Assembly (NCBI GenBank): GCA_020059465.1
Contig: JAGVBZ010000021.1
Coordinates: 34,788 to 98,787 of the forward strand
Direction of reading: 5' to 3'
Source of the DNA: Brevinematales bacterium
GTDB lineage: Bacteria > Spirochaetota > Brevinematia > Brevinematales > GWF1-51-8
Length of the DNA stretch: 64,000 nt
The stretch's first letter is position 1, and each line of letters starts with the position of its first letter. The notes beneath the pieces are model-generated. The model searched no databases. It had not been told where the DNA came from and was given only the letters and a program-made list of their open reading frames with translations. Made by a program: the position numbers and the translations under genes. Of the stretch, positions 18,642-29,368 are shown one piece after another.

Positions 18642-21326
18642 TCAGGACATTTTTTTAATGCTTTCGCTCAGCTCAGACATGGAAAAAGGTTTCTGCAGAC
18701 AGGTCAGGTTTTCCCGATGGGCGAAACGCTCGTTCAATTCGTATTCCGAGTATCCGCTCGCGATCAGCACCTTGACCGACGGGTCGATTTTTCTTAGTTC
18801 ATTCAACGTTTCTTCCCCGTCGATATGCGGCATGTTCAGGTCGATTATAAGGAAGTTTATTTTTTCTTTCTTCTCCTGAAAAATCCGGATTGCCTCATAC
18901 CCGCCGCTCGCTAACAGCACGCTGAATCCGAGTTTTTCCAGCATCGGTTTTATGGTCGATCTGACTATCTCTTCGTCGTCGACAACCAGCACCATCCCAT
19001 TCCCCTTTTTCAAATTGGAATCCTCGGCAGGGCGGGTTTTTCCAGCAGTCAGAACCTTATCAACGGACGGGAAAAAAATGCGGAAGGTCGATCCGGCTCC
19101 CGGCTCGCTCTGAATACTGATTGCGCCGTTGTGCCCGCGTACAATTCCCATCACCGCCGACATCCCGAGTCCCCGCCCTGTGAACTTGGTAGTAAAAAAA
19201 GGCTCGAAGATATGGCCGATCGTCTCTCTGTCCATACCGATTCCGGTATCAGTTACCTCGATATAGGTATATTTACCCGCGTCAAGCCCCGCGCCAAAGG
19301 CAAATTCCGATAAGGTTTCCTGAGTGCATTGAATCATGCCGTCCGTTATTCTTATTACTCCATGCTTTCCCTCAAGGGCATCGGACGCATTGGTGATAAG
19401 ATTCATGACAATTTGGCGGATTTGGGTAGCGTCGCCTTTTATCAGGGAAATATCCTGTTCCAATTCCATATTAAGCACCGCTTTTTTCGAGATGGATGCT
19501 TTAAGAAGATTCACCATTTCTGAGATCAGGATGCTCAGATCAATATCTTCGATAATAAATTTTCCCTTTCCGGAGTAAGCAAGCATCTGCCTGCAAAGCT
19601 CCGCGGCGCGATGCGAAGCGTTTTCTATTTCCCTGATACTGTCGCGTACCGGATTGAACGGCTCCAGACTGAAAAGCGCAAGTTCGCTATGGCCGAGAAT
19701 CGCCGTCAGGATATTGTTGAAATCGTGGGCGATTCCTCCCGCGAGCACTCCGAGACTTTCCAGCTTTTGAACATGCTGCAGCCGGCGTTCCATTTCCAAA
19801 CGTTCCGCTTCGGCCTTCTTTTTTTCGGTGATGTTCCTGATGATCGCGATAAACTTATCGTCCCCGAACGGTACAACCCTGCTCTCAAAATACTGCAGCC
19901 CGTTTATATCGAGCGAATACTCGTACGTGTGCAGAGTGCCGGTCTCCTTCACTTTAAGGATTTTCTCAAGGGTTAATTCTGCCAGTTCGGGGGGGACTAT
20001 TTCGTAGATATCTTTCCCGAGAAACTCTTCGGGCGATTTATAAAGTTCTTCTTCACTCTCGGCTTTATAGTCGAGGATAGTACCCTTCTCATTCAGCACA
20101 AACATCAGGTCGGGATTCGCTTCGAGAATAGCTTTGGTTCGCGCTTCACTGTCTCTCAACGCATTTTCCATTTTTTTCCGTTCGGTGATATCGAGAATAA
20201 TGGTAATTATCCCGGCCACACGGCCGTCCGAATCCTTGATCGGAATCCGGCGGGTCTCGCACCACATCGTCTTATCTGAGGTGTCGATGCACTGCTCATC
20301 GGTAAATTTTTCACCGGATTTTAATATATTCTTATAGATAGTTTTGGTATTCTTAGGGATGAAATGAAACACGTCGAAAATATTTTTCCCGGTCAGCTCT
20401 TCACTGATCCCCATCTCTTTCAGAATGTTTACCAGAGCATCGTTATAGAGTATAATACGGAAATCCCTGTCTACCACATGGAGAAGCACATCCATCGAAT
20501 TTACAGTGGCCCGGTAACGCTCTTCGCTCTCCCGCAACGCCTCCGCGGCATTTCTCCGTTCGGTAAGATCTTTCATATATCCGATAACTACCGGCCCGTT
20601 TTTAAATTCAATCTGGGAAACACTCATTTCCAACGGAATCGGTGTGCCGTCGATCCGAAAACCCATCAGTTCGTACACGGTCGGAGCGGGTTTTCCCTGC
20701 CGTCTGAGTTCTGCATATTTCAAAACCGTTTCTATTGATTCGGGGGCGACTAGATCAATATATCTCTTTCCCGCCAAATAATTTTCTTCAGCGCCGATCA
20801 TGACATCCAAGGCTTTATTGGTATACTCGATAATCCCGTTGCGGGAGATCACAATCGGGACTGGAGAGAATTCGATAAACTTCCTGAATCGTTCCTCGCT
20901 TTCGAATAACGCATGTTCCGCCTTCTTCCGTTCCTGAATGTTTTCCCATTCGCGGATGGTGCGGCTGATAATTTTATCGATCACCTTAAACGTGCTTTCC
21001 GATTTTACGACATAATCGATCACGCCGGCCTTCATCGCGCGAACCGCAAGTTCTTCATCCCCATATGCTGTCATAATTATAACCGGCCATCGCGATCCCG
21101 CATTCAGTTCCGAAACGACGTCAAGCGCCTTTTCGTCGGGCAGATTCATATCGAGCAGAACAAGATCGAACCCGATATTTTTCGATACCGCTTCGCGAAA
21201 TTCTTTCGCGGTTTTCAGCGGGATTAGTTTCATATTGCCGGGCGCTGCCTTCAGAGTCCTCGAAATCGCCTCGACATGCGCTTCCTCGTCCTCTACCACC
21301 AGAATAGTTAAAAGTCTTTCAGTCAT
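18642..21326 (-). CDS. Hybrid histidine kinase REC-PAS-PAS-PAS-HisKA-HATPase-REC
   Basis: N-terminal receiver (VEDE, LLDMNLPD), PAS/PAC repeats, LAGGIAHDFNN, NLITNA, FTTKFTGRGLG, C-terminal receiver. Confidence 0.95.
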   Translation of the reverse strand: MTERLLTILVVEDEEAHVEAISRTLKAAPGNMKLIPLKTAKEFREAVSKNIGFDLVLLDMNLPDEKALDVVSELNAGSRWPVIIMTAYGDEELAVRAMKAGVIDYVVKSESTFKVIDKIISRTIREWENIQERKKAEHALFESEERFRKFIEFSPVPIVISRNGIIEYTNKALDVMIGAEENYLAGKRYIDLVAPESIETVLKYAELRRQGKPAPTVYELMGFRIDGTPIPLEMSVSQIEFKNGPVVIGYMKDLTERRNAAEALRESEERYRATVNSMDVLLHVVDRDFRIILYNDALVNILKEMGISEELTGKNIFDVFHFIPKNTKTIYKNILKSGEKFTDEQCIDTSDKTMWCETRRIPIKDSDGRVAGIITIILDITERKKMENALRDSEARTKAILEANPDLMFVLNEKGTILDYKAESEEELYKSPEEFLGKDIYEIVPPELAELTLEKILKVKETGTLHTYEYSLDINGLQYFESRVVPFGDDKFIAIIRNITEKKKAEAERLEMERRLQHVQKLESLGVLAGGIAHDFNNILTAILGHSELALFSLEPFNPVRDSIREIENASHRAAELCRQMLAYSGKGKFIIEDIDLSILISEMVNLLKASISKKAVLNMELEQDISLIKGDATQIRQIVMNLITNASDALEGKHGVIRITDGMIQCTQETLSEFAFGAGLDAGKYTYIEVTDTGIGMDRETIGHIFEPFFTTKFTGRGLGMSAVMGIVRGHNGAISIQSEPGAGSTFRIFFPSVDKVLTAGKTRPAEDSNLKKGNGMVLVVDDEEIVRSTIKPMLEKLGFSVLLASGGYEAIRIFQEKKEKINFLIIDLNMPHIDGEETLNELRKIDPSVKVLIASGYSEYELNERFAHRENLTCLQKPFSMSELSESIKKMS

Positions 21327-21338
21327 GCCTTCCCTCTT

Positions 21339-21779
21339 TTAATGAGGATATTTATTCCACATCAGCCAATAGTACCCGAATGTATCCAATAAATCGCTAA
21401 ATTTATATGAATCGAGCGGTTTTACAAGATAGCTGCTGGCCCGGTATGAATACGCTTTTATTATATCCGATTCCGCTCCGGAAGTCGTCAGGATTACTAC
21501 AGGCAAGTTATAAAAACCCGGTTCGTTCTTAATTCGTCTGATCACCTCCAGCCCGTCGACCTTCGGAAGACGAAGGTCAAGCAGGATCAGATCGGGACGA
21601 GGGCTGGTTTTCGGGTCTGCGTATCTGCTCTGATGAAACAGATAATCCAACGCTGCCTGCCCGTCCGAAACATGGTACACTCGATTTGCTACCGGAGATT
21701 TATCAAAACATCGTTTCGCAATTTCCGCATGTGCGGAATCGTCCTCTACATGCAGAATTATAATCGGTTCAGCTTTCAT
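21339..21779 (-). CDS. Single-domain response regulator (Rcp1-like)
   Basis: HVEDD, PDLILLDLRLPKVDG, ILTTS, YLVKP, YW tail; start placed at ATG 21779. Confidence 0.92.
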   Translation of the reverse strand: MKAEPIIILHVEDDSAHAEIAKRCFDKSPVANRVYHVSDGQAALDYLFHQSRYADPKTSPRPDLILLDLRLPKVDGLEVIRRIKNEPGFYNLPVVILTTSGAESDIIKAYSYRASSYLVKPLDSYKFSDLLDTFGYYWLMWNKYPH

Positions 21780-23808
21780 CGGCTTTTCCCTCTTTATTAT
21801 CAATCCTGTTTCCCGCCAAGGTAAAATAAAACGTCGTACCATACCCTATGCCGGCGGATTCAAACCAGATATCGCCGCCTTGAACTTCTATTATCCTTTT
21901 TACGAGCGCAAGGCCGATGCCTGTTCCTTCCGAAGCGGGATCCAGCTTTTCAAATAATCCGAATAACTTGTCCCCGTGACGGGAATCAATACCCATACCG
22001 TTGTCCTTAACAAACAGAACAATTCTATTCTCCTCTTCTCTCACCCCAATTTCAATACGCGGATTCTTCTGTTCCCCCATAAATTTTATCGCGTTCTCGA
22101 TCAGGTTTTGAAATACCTGGGTATATCGTCTGGGATCCCCAGATAGAATGACCGGAATACTCGTGACATCGATGTGTATGTTTTTTTGACTTATCAATCC
22201 AGCGAGCAGGTCCATGGCGTTCTGTACAATTTTCTGAAGCGATTCCTCATGCGTTTCGGCGTCCATTCTGCCCACCCGTGATAATTCCAATAATTCGTCC
22301 AGAAGCCGCCCCATTTTATCCGCTGCATTCCCGATATAACCGACATCCTTTTCCAATGCCTTTTTATTATTATTTTCATAATCTTCCAATAAGTATCCCA
22401 AAAATGCCTTAATAGTCACCAGCGGACTCTTCAGATCGTGGGAAACAGTATATATAAACCGGGTCAATTCCTCGTTTTTCTGTTTCAGTTCCTCCTCCCG
22501 TTTCTTCTGCTGCGTAATATCTCTCGCTACGGCATAGATGGCATCCCCGAACGGGAAAGAGTTCCATTCAATCCACCGGTAGGAACCGTCCTTACGCCGG
22601 TACCGGTTGATGTGATTCAATACAGTTGTCTGCCCGGAGAGACGCGACATTGCATCCGACGTGCTCCGGACATCATCGGGATGAACGAAGCTCATGAATT
22701 TCTTTCCTACCAGTTCGCTTACCGGATATCCCAGAGTATTTTCCCATTCCGGGTTCAGTTTACGGAAATATCCGCGCATATCCGCGATACAGAGAAGATC
22801 GAGGGCAGAATTGAAATACCTGTCCAATTCATCACTTTTTTGTATCAGCTTCTCCTGAGCATCTTTGCGCTCACGGGTGATCGCCCCGATTATGAGGAGT
22901 GTCAGACTGAACCCGGTAGTCATGTATGCCAGCCCGATTAACGGATAATTCGGGTTGAAAAGGTTGGTATCTCCGAATAAAATCCCAGAGATCGCGATTA
23001 TGACTACCAGAAAAAACAAGGTCATCGATTCCCTGGCCGAGAAACGAATCGCAACCCATGACATCGGCACAATAAGAAGATAAGCAAGTCCCTGCACCGG
23101 AAAACCTTCCCCCGCCGGGAAAAATGACAGCAGCACTGCTATCGCGATAGTAAAAACTGAAATCGCCATATATTTCAGGAGTTCGCCCGCAGACATCCTC
23201 TTCCTTTCAAAAAACCATCCTGCAAGTACGGGAGAAAAAAGGAGCGAACCTGTTGTGATAGCCATGACGAATTTCAGCCAATCCAGGGGTATACTTTCCG
23301 GCTGAATGAGACCGAGAGTCCATTTAAAAAATTCCGCGCCGGTCGCTGATAAAAGAGCAATCATGATAACGCCGAATAATAAAAAGATAAAAGTATCGTG
23401 CAGATTACGAAATGGGTTGATCGCCGACGTATTTCTCCGGCAGAGATAAGCCGCTAAAATCGGTCCGGCGGTATTCATGACAGCGATACCGGACGCCAAA
23501 TCTACCGGCCCGCCCAACGAGACGGTATTGGCAAGTATTGTTCCTGCGGCTATTCCCGGCGCAACCCGCCATCCCCGGATGAGCGCGAATACAAACGCGA
23601 CTGCCGCCGCGGGCCAAATCGGCATCGGTATGACGCCGCCCGTTTTGAAAAGCATCCAGTTGATATGAGATACGCCCCAGTACAAACCTGCGACGATTAG
23701 ATTTTCAATAATTAACAGAAAAAGCGAAATATCTTTTCCTTCAGGATCAAATACTGAAGAAAGAAAAGAATTGAATCCGGTACCCCCTCCCGAATCATTT
23801 TTATCCAT
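21769..23808 (-). CDS. MASE1-PAS sensor histidine kinase
   Basis: PIWPAAAV MASE1 motif with multiple TMs, PAS (VHPDD), SHDLKSPL, NLIENAIKF, GTGIGLA. Confidence 0.93.
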   Translation of the reverse strand: MDKNDSGGGTGFNSFLSSVFDPEGKDISLFLLIIENLIVAGLYWGVSHINWMLFKTGGVIPMPIWPAAAVAFVFALIRGWRVAPGIAAGTILANTVSLGGPVDLASGIAVMNTAGPILAAYLCRRNTSAINPFRNLHDTFIFLLFGVIMIALLSATGAEFFKWTLGLIQPESIPLDWLKFVMAITTGSLLFSPVLAGWFFERKRMSAGELLKYMAISVFTIAIAVLLSFFPAGEGFPVQGLAYLLIVPMSWVAIRFSARESMTLFFLVVIIAISGILFGDTNLFNPNYPLIGLAYMTTGFSLTLLIIGAITRERKDAQEKLIQKSDELDRYFNSALDLLCIADMRGYFRKLNPEWENTLGYPVSELVGKKFMSFVHPDDVRSTSDAMSRLSGQTTVLNHINRYRRKDGSYRWIEWNSFPFGDAIYAVARDITQQKKREEELKQKNEELTRFIYTVSHDLKSPLVTIKAFLGYLLEDYENNNKKALEKDVGYIGNAADKMGRLLDELLELSRVGRMDAETHEESLQKIVQNAMDLLAGLISQKNIHIDVTSIPVILSGDPRRYTQVFQNLIENAIKFMGEQKNPRIEIGVREEENRIVLFVKDNGMGIDSRHGDKLFGLFEKLDPASEGTGIGLALVKRIIEVQGGDIWFESAGIGYGTTFYFTLAGNRIDNKEGKADES

Positions 23809-23860
23809 TCAGCCCCCAAAAAATGCCAAAAATCCTCTTTCTTACCCGACGCTTATTATA

Positions 23861-23888
23861 ATTATACACCCGGATTGAGGTAAGTCAA
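23861..23888 (-). promoter_or_regulatory. Sigma70-type promoter of kinase operon
   Basis: Minus strand TTGACT-N16-TATAAT. Confidence 0.6.
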
Positions 23889-23954
23889 GGTTTTCAGAAA
23901 ATGTTTTTATAAAAATTGGCGGCTTCATTATCGGGTGCTGAACAATTATCGGCC

Positions 23955-25466
23955 TTACATAATAAAATTCATTACCCTGTCCAATATCCGGTACTGAAGC
24001 GCCTCGCTGATATGCATATCGCGCACCCCCTCGCTTCCGTCGAGATCGGCAATAGTCCTGGCGATCTTCAGTATCTTATCGTACACCCGGATACTCAGCA
24101 GAAATTTTTCCATCGCCAGCCTCATCAGCGATTCCGACGGAGCGTCCAGCCTGCAGAACTCCTCCACCAGCCTGTGGGTCATCTCCGAGTTGGTTCGGAT
24201 ACCCAGATGTTTGTAGCGTTCCCTCTGAATTCTGCGGGCTATCTCCACACGCGAACGGATAGAATTCGAACTTTCGGGGTGAATGTCGGCGCGCAGTTTT
24301 TCATATTTTATCCGCGAGACCTGCACCTGAATATCGATACGTTCGAGGAGCGGCCCGGAAAGTTTTTTCATGACCGTTTTCATCTCCGACGGCTCCCAAC
24401 GGTCGAGGTCGGCGTTTGTTTTCGACGGGTTCAGGGCCGCGACCAGCATAAACTTCGCGGGAAACTCGACAGAACCCTCCGCGCGCGATATCCGAATCTT
24501 GTGTTCCTCGAGCGGTTCGCGAAGCACCTGCAGGACATTCCCCGGAAATTCCTGAAACTCGTCGAGAAACAACACCCCGTTATGGGACAGGCTGACCTCG
24601 CCGGGTTTGGGGAAACGCCCGCCTCCGATGATGGAGATATCCGACGCGGTATGATGGGGCGCCCGGAACGGCCGGGTACACACGAGCCAGTTCTCGCTGT
24701 CGGTCTTTCCCGCCACACTGTAGACCATCGTCGTCTCGATCGACTCTTCCATATCCATATCCGGCAGTATAGTCGGGATACGTTTAGCAAGCATGGTTTT
24801 ACCGGTGCCGGGCGGGCCGATCATGATGATATTATGCCCTCCGGCGGCCGCGATCTCCACCCCGCGTTTCGCCGCCTCCTGCCCGCGAATATCGTTCATA
24901 TCCAATCCGCCGGGCCTGTCGCCGCCGCCCTCCTGAACGGGGTGTCCGAACGGGGGAATCGTCTCCTTTCCGGTCAGGAAATCTACCGCGTGCTTCAGGC
25001 TTTTTACCGGATAAATCTCAAGCCCCTCAAGTACCGCCATCTCCCGCGCGTTCTCCGCCGGACAAAGTATCTTCATCACCCCCGCCTGTCTCGCTTTGAG
25101 CGCGACCGGGAGCGACCCCGGAACCCTGCGCAGTTCCCCGTCGAGCGAAAGTTCTCCGATTATTATAAACGACCCGACCTCGCCCAAATCCATCCCGTCG
25201 CTCAGGATCCCGAGCGCGATCGGCAGATCGAAGAGCGTCCCCATCTTGGGTATCGCGGCCGGTGCGAGATTGACCACTATCCGCTTACCCGGAAAATGGA
25301 ACCCCGAGTTCACGATCGCCGATTCGACGCGCTTCATCGATTCCTTTACCGCCTGCCCCGGAAGCCCCACCATATCGAACGATTTTATCTTCGCGGAAAT
25401 ATCCACTTCGATTTCAATGATGATGCTTTCCATCCCGATGAACGTGCCGGATAATAACCGTGTCAT
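23955..25466 (-). CDS. comM: YifB/ComM family Mg-chelatase-like AAA+ ATPase
   Basis: VNLAPA, FDLPIALG, GPPGTGKTMLA, PFRAPHH, GEVSLSHNGVLFLDE, SGPLLERID, ARTIADL. Confidence 0.92.
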   Translation of the reverse strand: MTRLLSGTFIGMESIIIEIEVDISAKIKSFDMVGLPGQAVKESMKRVESAIVNSGFHFPGKRIVVNLAPAAIPKMGTLFDLPIALGILSDGMDLGEVGSFIIIGELSLDGELRRVPGSLPVALKARQAGVMKILCPAENAREMAVLEGLEIYPVKSLKHAVDFLTGKETIPPFGHPVQEGGGDRPGGLDMNDIRGQEAAKRGVEIAAAGGHNIIMIGPPGTGKTMLAKRIPTILPDMDMEESIETTMVYSVAGKTDSENWLVCTRPFRAPHHTASDISIIGGGRFPKPGEVSLSHNGVLFLDEFQEFPGNVLQVLREPLEEHKIRISRAEGSVEFPAKFMLVAALNPSKTNADLDRWEPSEMKTVMKKLSGPLLERIDIQVQVSRIKYEKLRADIHPESSNSIRSRVEIARRIQRERYKHLGIRTNSEMTHRLVEEFCRLDAPSESLMRLAMEKFLLSIRVYDKILKIARTIADLDGSEGVRDMHISEALQYRILDRVMNFIM

Positions 25467-25665
25467 TTGATGCCTCCCTGTCTTTACCGTCCATAATCGG
25501 GAAAACGTGTTAATCGGTGTTATATTATTATGTGCAATTGTTAAACCGCGCTTCTTATATTGGTCTTCGGATTTCCCTATTTAATTCAGGAACTTTATCG
25601 AAATTGGTTGATATTATTTATTTTTTGTATTACAATGAATAAATTCAGTAATTCGGAGGATATTG

Positions 25666-25992
25666 ATGAAGTATGAATCTTCAGAGTATAAAGGTAAGGC
25701 ATTATTAAAGATCAAGGAAAATCTGGTAACCGACCCCGCCGCGCGCGAATTTAAAGAGGTTCTGACGAACCTGATCGACGAAGGAAAGAAAGAAATCATT
25801 ATCGATTTTTCCGACGTCGCGTTTATCGGAAGCAGCGGTATCGGCAAGCTTCTCCTTGCATATAAAAGATTGGACGATCTCGGAGGAAAAATCTTTATCG
25901 TCAGCCTGAACAAGGATATTAAAGAACTCTTTATCACTTTCCGTTTAAACGAGTTTTTCCCTATCTATGACACTCTCGAGGGTATGGAGTAA
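25666..25992 (+). CDS. STAS anti-sigma-factor antagonist
   Basis: IIDFSDVAFIGSSGIGKL phospho-Ser motif; GGAGG RBS. Confidence 0.9.
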   Translation: MKYESSEYKGKALLKIKENLVTDPAAREFKEVLTNLIDEGKKEIIIDFSDVAFIGSSGIGKLLLAYKRLDDLGGKIFIVSLNKDIKELFITFRLNEFFPIYDTLEGME

Positions 25993-26044
25993 GTAGTTTT
26001 CGGGCTGGGTCTAAAAGGGGGGAGAAATTGAAGGCGGGAGTGAA

Positions 26045-28483
26045 ATGGCTTCTCACATAATAGTCGGAGTAATCGCTCTTTTTGTTGGGGCGGCTCTCTC
26101 TACTGTAATTACATTTCTAATCCTTAGAAAAAAACTTCACTCCGTTCCAAAAGATTATAGTAATGCGGTAACCTCGATATCGAATTATTATTCTTCTCTG
26201 CCCTCGATGCTCAATACCACGAAAACCATTTCCTTTCTGACCGATACTTTAAGGGAACTCCCGTCCGTCGTAGACGTAAAACTGTTACGGTACGATTCGC
26301 AAAAGGTGACGCTTTATCCGGAGAATACCGCCGTCGAACAGAATAAAATCCGTTCTGCTATCGAGCGTTTTCTCTCCTATCCCGACGACGAACAATTCGA
26401 TATCGAGAGCGATAATCCGCTGTTCGCGCTGTATGCAGGAGACAACTCCCATCCGGGCGAGCTTTCCGGTGAAGTCCATATCATTTCAATATCGCTGATG
26501 AATTCTATTTTCTGTCTGGTTGTATTTTTCCGTAAAAAGAACATATTCCCCATCTCGTCGCAAGCTATCGGTTTTGTTAAAACTCAGATCATTGTCTCAC
26601 TATACCTGAATTATTTCTCCATGCAGCATAAGCAGGACTACGAATTCCTCGACAACGTGTATTATAAAGGCCCTGTCGCAATGGGTATCACAGACCTCGA
26701 CGGTAAGCTGATTTCAATGAATACTAAGTTCTCCGAATTGTTCCCGGACAGTATCAATAATATGAAGGAAATCATCGAGAGCGATGTTTTTCAGAGTATT
26801 CTACAGGGGAACCGGTTCGAGAAAGATATCGTGCACAATAAGAAGAACCTGAAAATACAGGGTTTCCCCAGCTTCGGTAACGAAGGGAATGTCAAGGGTT
26901 TCGTGTTCACTATTATCGACGAATCGATCCAGTACCTGCTGTATAAAAAACTCGAGGTCTCGGAAAACCGTTACCGTATGCTGATAAAAAAACTCCCCGT
27001 CGGCCTCGTCATTATGAATAAAAAGGGCGTTATTTACTTTGTCAACGACAACTTCCTTTTCTCCCTCGGTTACGCGGAATTCAATAAGGTTCAGGGACGT
27101 GAAATCGACGAATTCTTCGACCTGAGTAAGGACGATTACAAGAAGATGTCTCTGGAGATCGAAAAGAAAGAGTCTCTCTATATAAAAATAAAGACGATCG
27201 CGGATTACGGGGAACGGGTATTTTCCGCCAACCTCCGCAAAATATTCCTCGGCGAGGAAGAGTATATCGAGGCGGTATTCCAGGATGTTTCGCTGGAGAA
27301 CGCGCTGTATTCCCAGCTCTCCGAGAAGAACAAACTGCTGGAGGAGGAGCTAAAGACCGCGCGTATTGTGCAGGAGCATATCCTCGCAATTCCGACATTA
27401 TATACCGCAGGCGTCCGTTTTCATAACTTCTATAAACCCTCGTCCCAACTCGGGGGCGATTTCTACGATATTATCCCGATCGACGAAGTGCATGTGGGGA
27501 TTATTATCGCCGATGTGTCGGGGCACGGCGTATCCTCGTCGCTTATCACTGCGATGCTGAAAATACTCGTCGAATTCGCGCCTAAAGACCCTCATAAGAT
27601 ACACGAGATGATGCATTATCTGAACACGGGGCTGGTCAAGGTTATGCCCGAAGACCATTTTATTACCCTGTTCTACGGCATCATCGATACGCATAGCCAC
27701 AAATTGGAATATATCAACTGCGGGCACCCGTTCCCGCTGATCTACGACGACGTATCGAAGGAAATCACCGCCTTATCGCAGGGCGTCAGCTATCCCCTCG
27801 GCAGCTTTAAAAACCTTTCGCTCGAGGACGCAGTTCAGCGCATCGACCTTCCGACAAATTGTAAGATGCTTTTTTATACTGACGGGCTTCTCAACTTTAA
27901 ACGGGAAAGAATTTCGCTCAGCATCGAGCATCTGAAGGGCATATTCAACGACAGCATCGGGGTGCAGACCCGTGAAATCCTTCCCCATATCTATCTTAAT
28001 GTCGTGAAAAACTCGACCCAGTTCACCGACGACGATGTCAGTATGCTTCTGATCCTGCTGAATAAGGAATGGCAGTATAAAAAACTCCTTTCGATCCCCA
28101 GTAACGTTATGGAAATCGATATCGCAATCGTGAGAGTGATGTTCGAGATAGAACGGCATCTCCGTCTCGGCGACGACGACAAATGGAAAATATATACCGC
28201 GCTCTACGAGGCGATGATCAACGCTGTCGAGCATGGAAATACCTATAACGTCCAGAAACGGGTCACCCTGCTGTATAGGCTTGTCAACAACCTCGCCGTA
28301 TTCAAGGTACGCGACGAAGGATTGGGATTTGTCGTAAAGGACGTCCCCAATCCGCTGGCAAAAGAGAATATGCTCAAACCCTCCGGACGCGGGGTGTTTA
28401 TGATCCGTAAAATGATGGATAAAGTGAAATATAATAAGACAGGCAACGAACTCACCATGTTTATCCGAATCCGGGGCGAATAA
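26045..28483 (+). CDS. TM-PAS-PAS-SpoIIE(PP2C)-RsbW-like ATPase fusion
   Basis: N-terminal TM, PAS-like segments, LGGDFYD, ADVSGHG, FYTDG, DDVS, then EAMINAVEHGN, DEGLGF, SGRGVF. Confidence 0.92.
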   Translation: MASHIIVGVIALFVGAALSTVITFLILRKKLHSVPKDYSNAVTSISNYYSSLPSMLNTTKTISFLTDTLRELPSVVDVKLLRYDSQKVTLYPENTAVEQNKIRSAIERFLSYPDDEQFDIESDNPLFALYAGDNSHPGELSGEVHIISISLMNSIFCLVVFFRKKNIFPISSQAIGFVKTQIIVSLYLNYFSMQHKQDYEFLDNVYYKGPVAMGITDLDGKLISMNTKFSELFPDSINNMKEIIESDVFQSILQGNRFEKDIVHNKKNLKIQGFPSFGNEGNVKGFVFTIIDESIQYLLYKKLEVSENRYRMLIKKLPVGLVIMNKKGVIYFVNDNFLFSLGYAEFNKVQGREIDEFFDLSKDDYKKMSLEIEKKESLYIKIKTIADYGERVFSANLRKIFLGEEEYIEAVFQDVSLENALYSQLSEKNKLLEEELKTARIVQEHILAIPTLYTAGVRFHNFYKPSSQLGGDFYDIIPIDEVHVGIIIADVSGHGVSSSLITAMLKILVEFAPKDPHKIHEMMHYLNTGLVKVMPEDHFITLFYGIIDTHSHKLEYINCGHPFPLIYDDVSKEITALSQGVSYPLGSFKNLSLEDAVQRIDLPTNCKMLFYTDGLLNFKRERISLSIEHLKGIFNDSIGVQTREILPHIYLNVVKNSTQFTDDDVSMLLILLNKEWQYKKLLSIPSNVMEIDIAIVRVMFEIERHLRLGDDDKWKIYTALYEAMINAVEHGNTYNVQKRVTLLYRLVNNLAVFKVRDEGLGFVVKDVPNPLAKENMLKPSGRGVFMIRKMMDKVKYNKTGNELTMFIRIRGE

Positions 28484-29367
28484 TGGCCGATACTCCGGGC
28501 TATGTCCACACGCCGGTCATGCTGAACGAGGTTCTCGAGACCGCGCGCCTTACATCCGGTTCGGCGGTGATCGACTGCACGTGCGGCGAAGGCGGACATT
28601 CCCGTGAATTCGCCCGGCGTATCCCCGGCGGTTCCCTCCTGTGTATCGACCGCGACCCGCGTATCCTCGAAATAGCGCGAACCCGGCTCTCGGATCACCC
28701 AAACATTACCTTCGCTAACGGCGTATTCGATCGTATCGACGAGATTGTGCAGGAGCAGAATTTCCCGCCCCCCGATTTTATTCTCGCCGATCTGGGCATA
28801 TCGATGTTCCATCTCAAGGAGGCGGGCATCGGGATCAGCTATACCGATAAGGAATCTCTCGATATGCGGCTAAGCCCGGATGAAAATATCTCCGCCGAGA
28901 GAGTGATAAATACTTTCAAAGAACAGGAAATTGCCGATATTATTTATAAATATGGCGAGGAATTCGAGTCCCGGAAGATCGCACGTGAAATCTACCGGAA
29001 CAGGCCGTTTCACAACGCGGCGGATTTGGCGGACCTGATCCGCCGGGTCAAACGTCACACTAAAGGCAGAATCCATCCGGCGACCCAGACATTTCAGGCG
29101 CTGAGGATTTTTGTCAACAGGGAACTCGATGTGCTGGAATTGTTCCTGCCCAAGGCGCTGGAAGTCCTGAAGCCGGGCGGAAGAATCGTGATACTGAGTT
29201 TTCATTCGCTGGAGGACCGTATCGTGAAGTATTTTTTTCGCGAAGCTGAAAAAGACGGATACGGACAAATCCTGACGAAAAAACCCCTGACTCCCTCGCC
29301 GGAAGAAGCGCGGCTCAATGCCGCGGCCAGAAGTACAAAAATGAGAGCCTTCGAAAAAAGGATTTGA
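28483..29367 (+). CDS. rsmH: 16S rRNA m4C1402 methyltransferase
   Basis: HTPVML, DCTCGEGGHS, DLGISM, LDMR, HPATQTFQALRIFVN, SFHSLEDRIVK. Confidence 0.96.
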   Translation: MADTPGYVHTPVMLNEVLETARLTSGSAVIDCTCGEGGHSREFARRIPGGSLLCIDRDPRILEIARTRLSDHPNITFANGVFDRIDEIVQEQNFPPPDFILADLGISMFHLKEAGIGISYTDKESLDMRLSPDENISAERVINTFKEQEIADIIYKYGEEFESRKIAREIYRNRPFHNAADLADLIRRVKRHTKGRIHPATQTFQALRIFVNRELDVLELFLPKALEVLKPGGRIVILSFHSLEDRIVKYFFREAEKDGYGQILTKKPLTPSPEEARLNAAARSTKMRAFEKRI

Positions 29368-29368
29368 C

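Noticed and set aside
17750-23900. tRNA-anchored genomic island
   Set aside because: The signalling genes lie on the tRNA 5' side; no integrase and no duplicated tRNA 3' end seen
23916-25454. 512-aa ORF antisense to comM
   Set aside because: Shadow ORF of a conserved gene with no recognisable motifs
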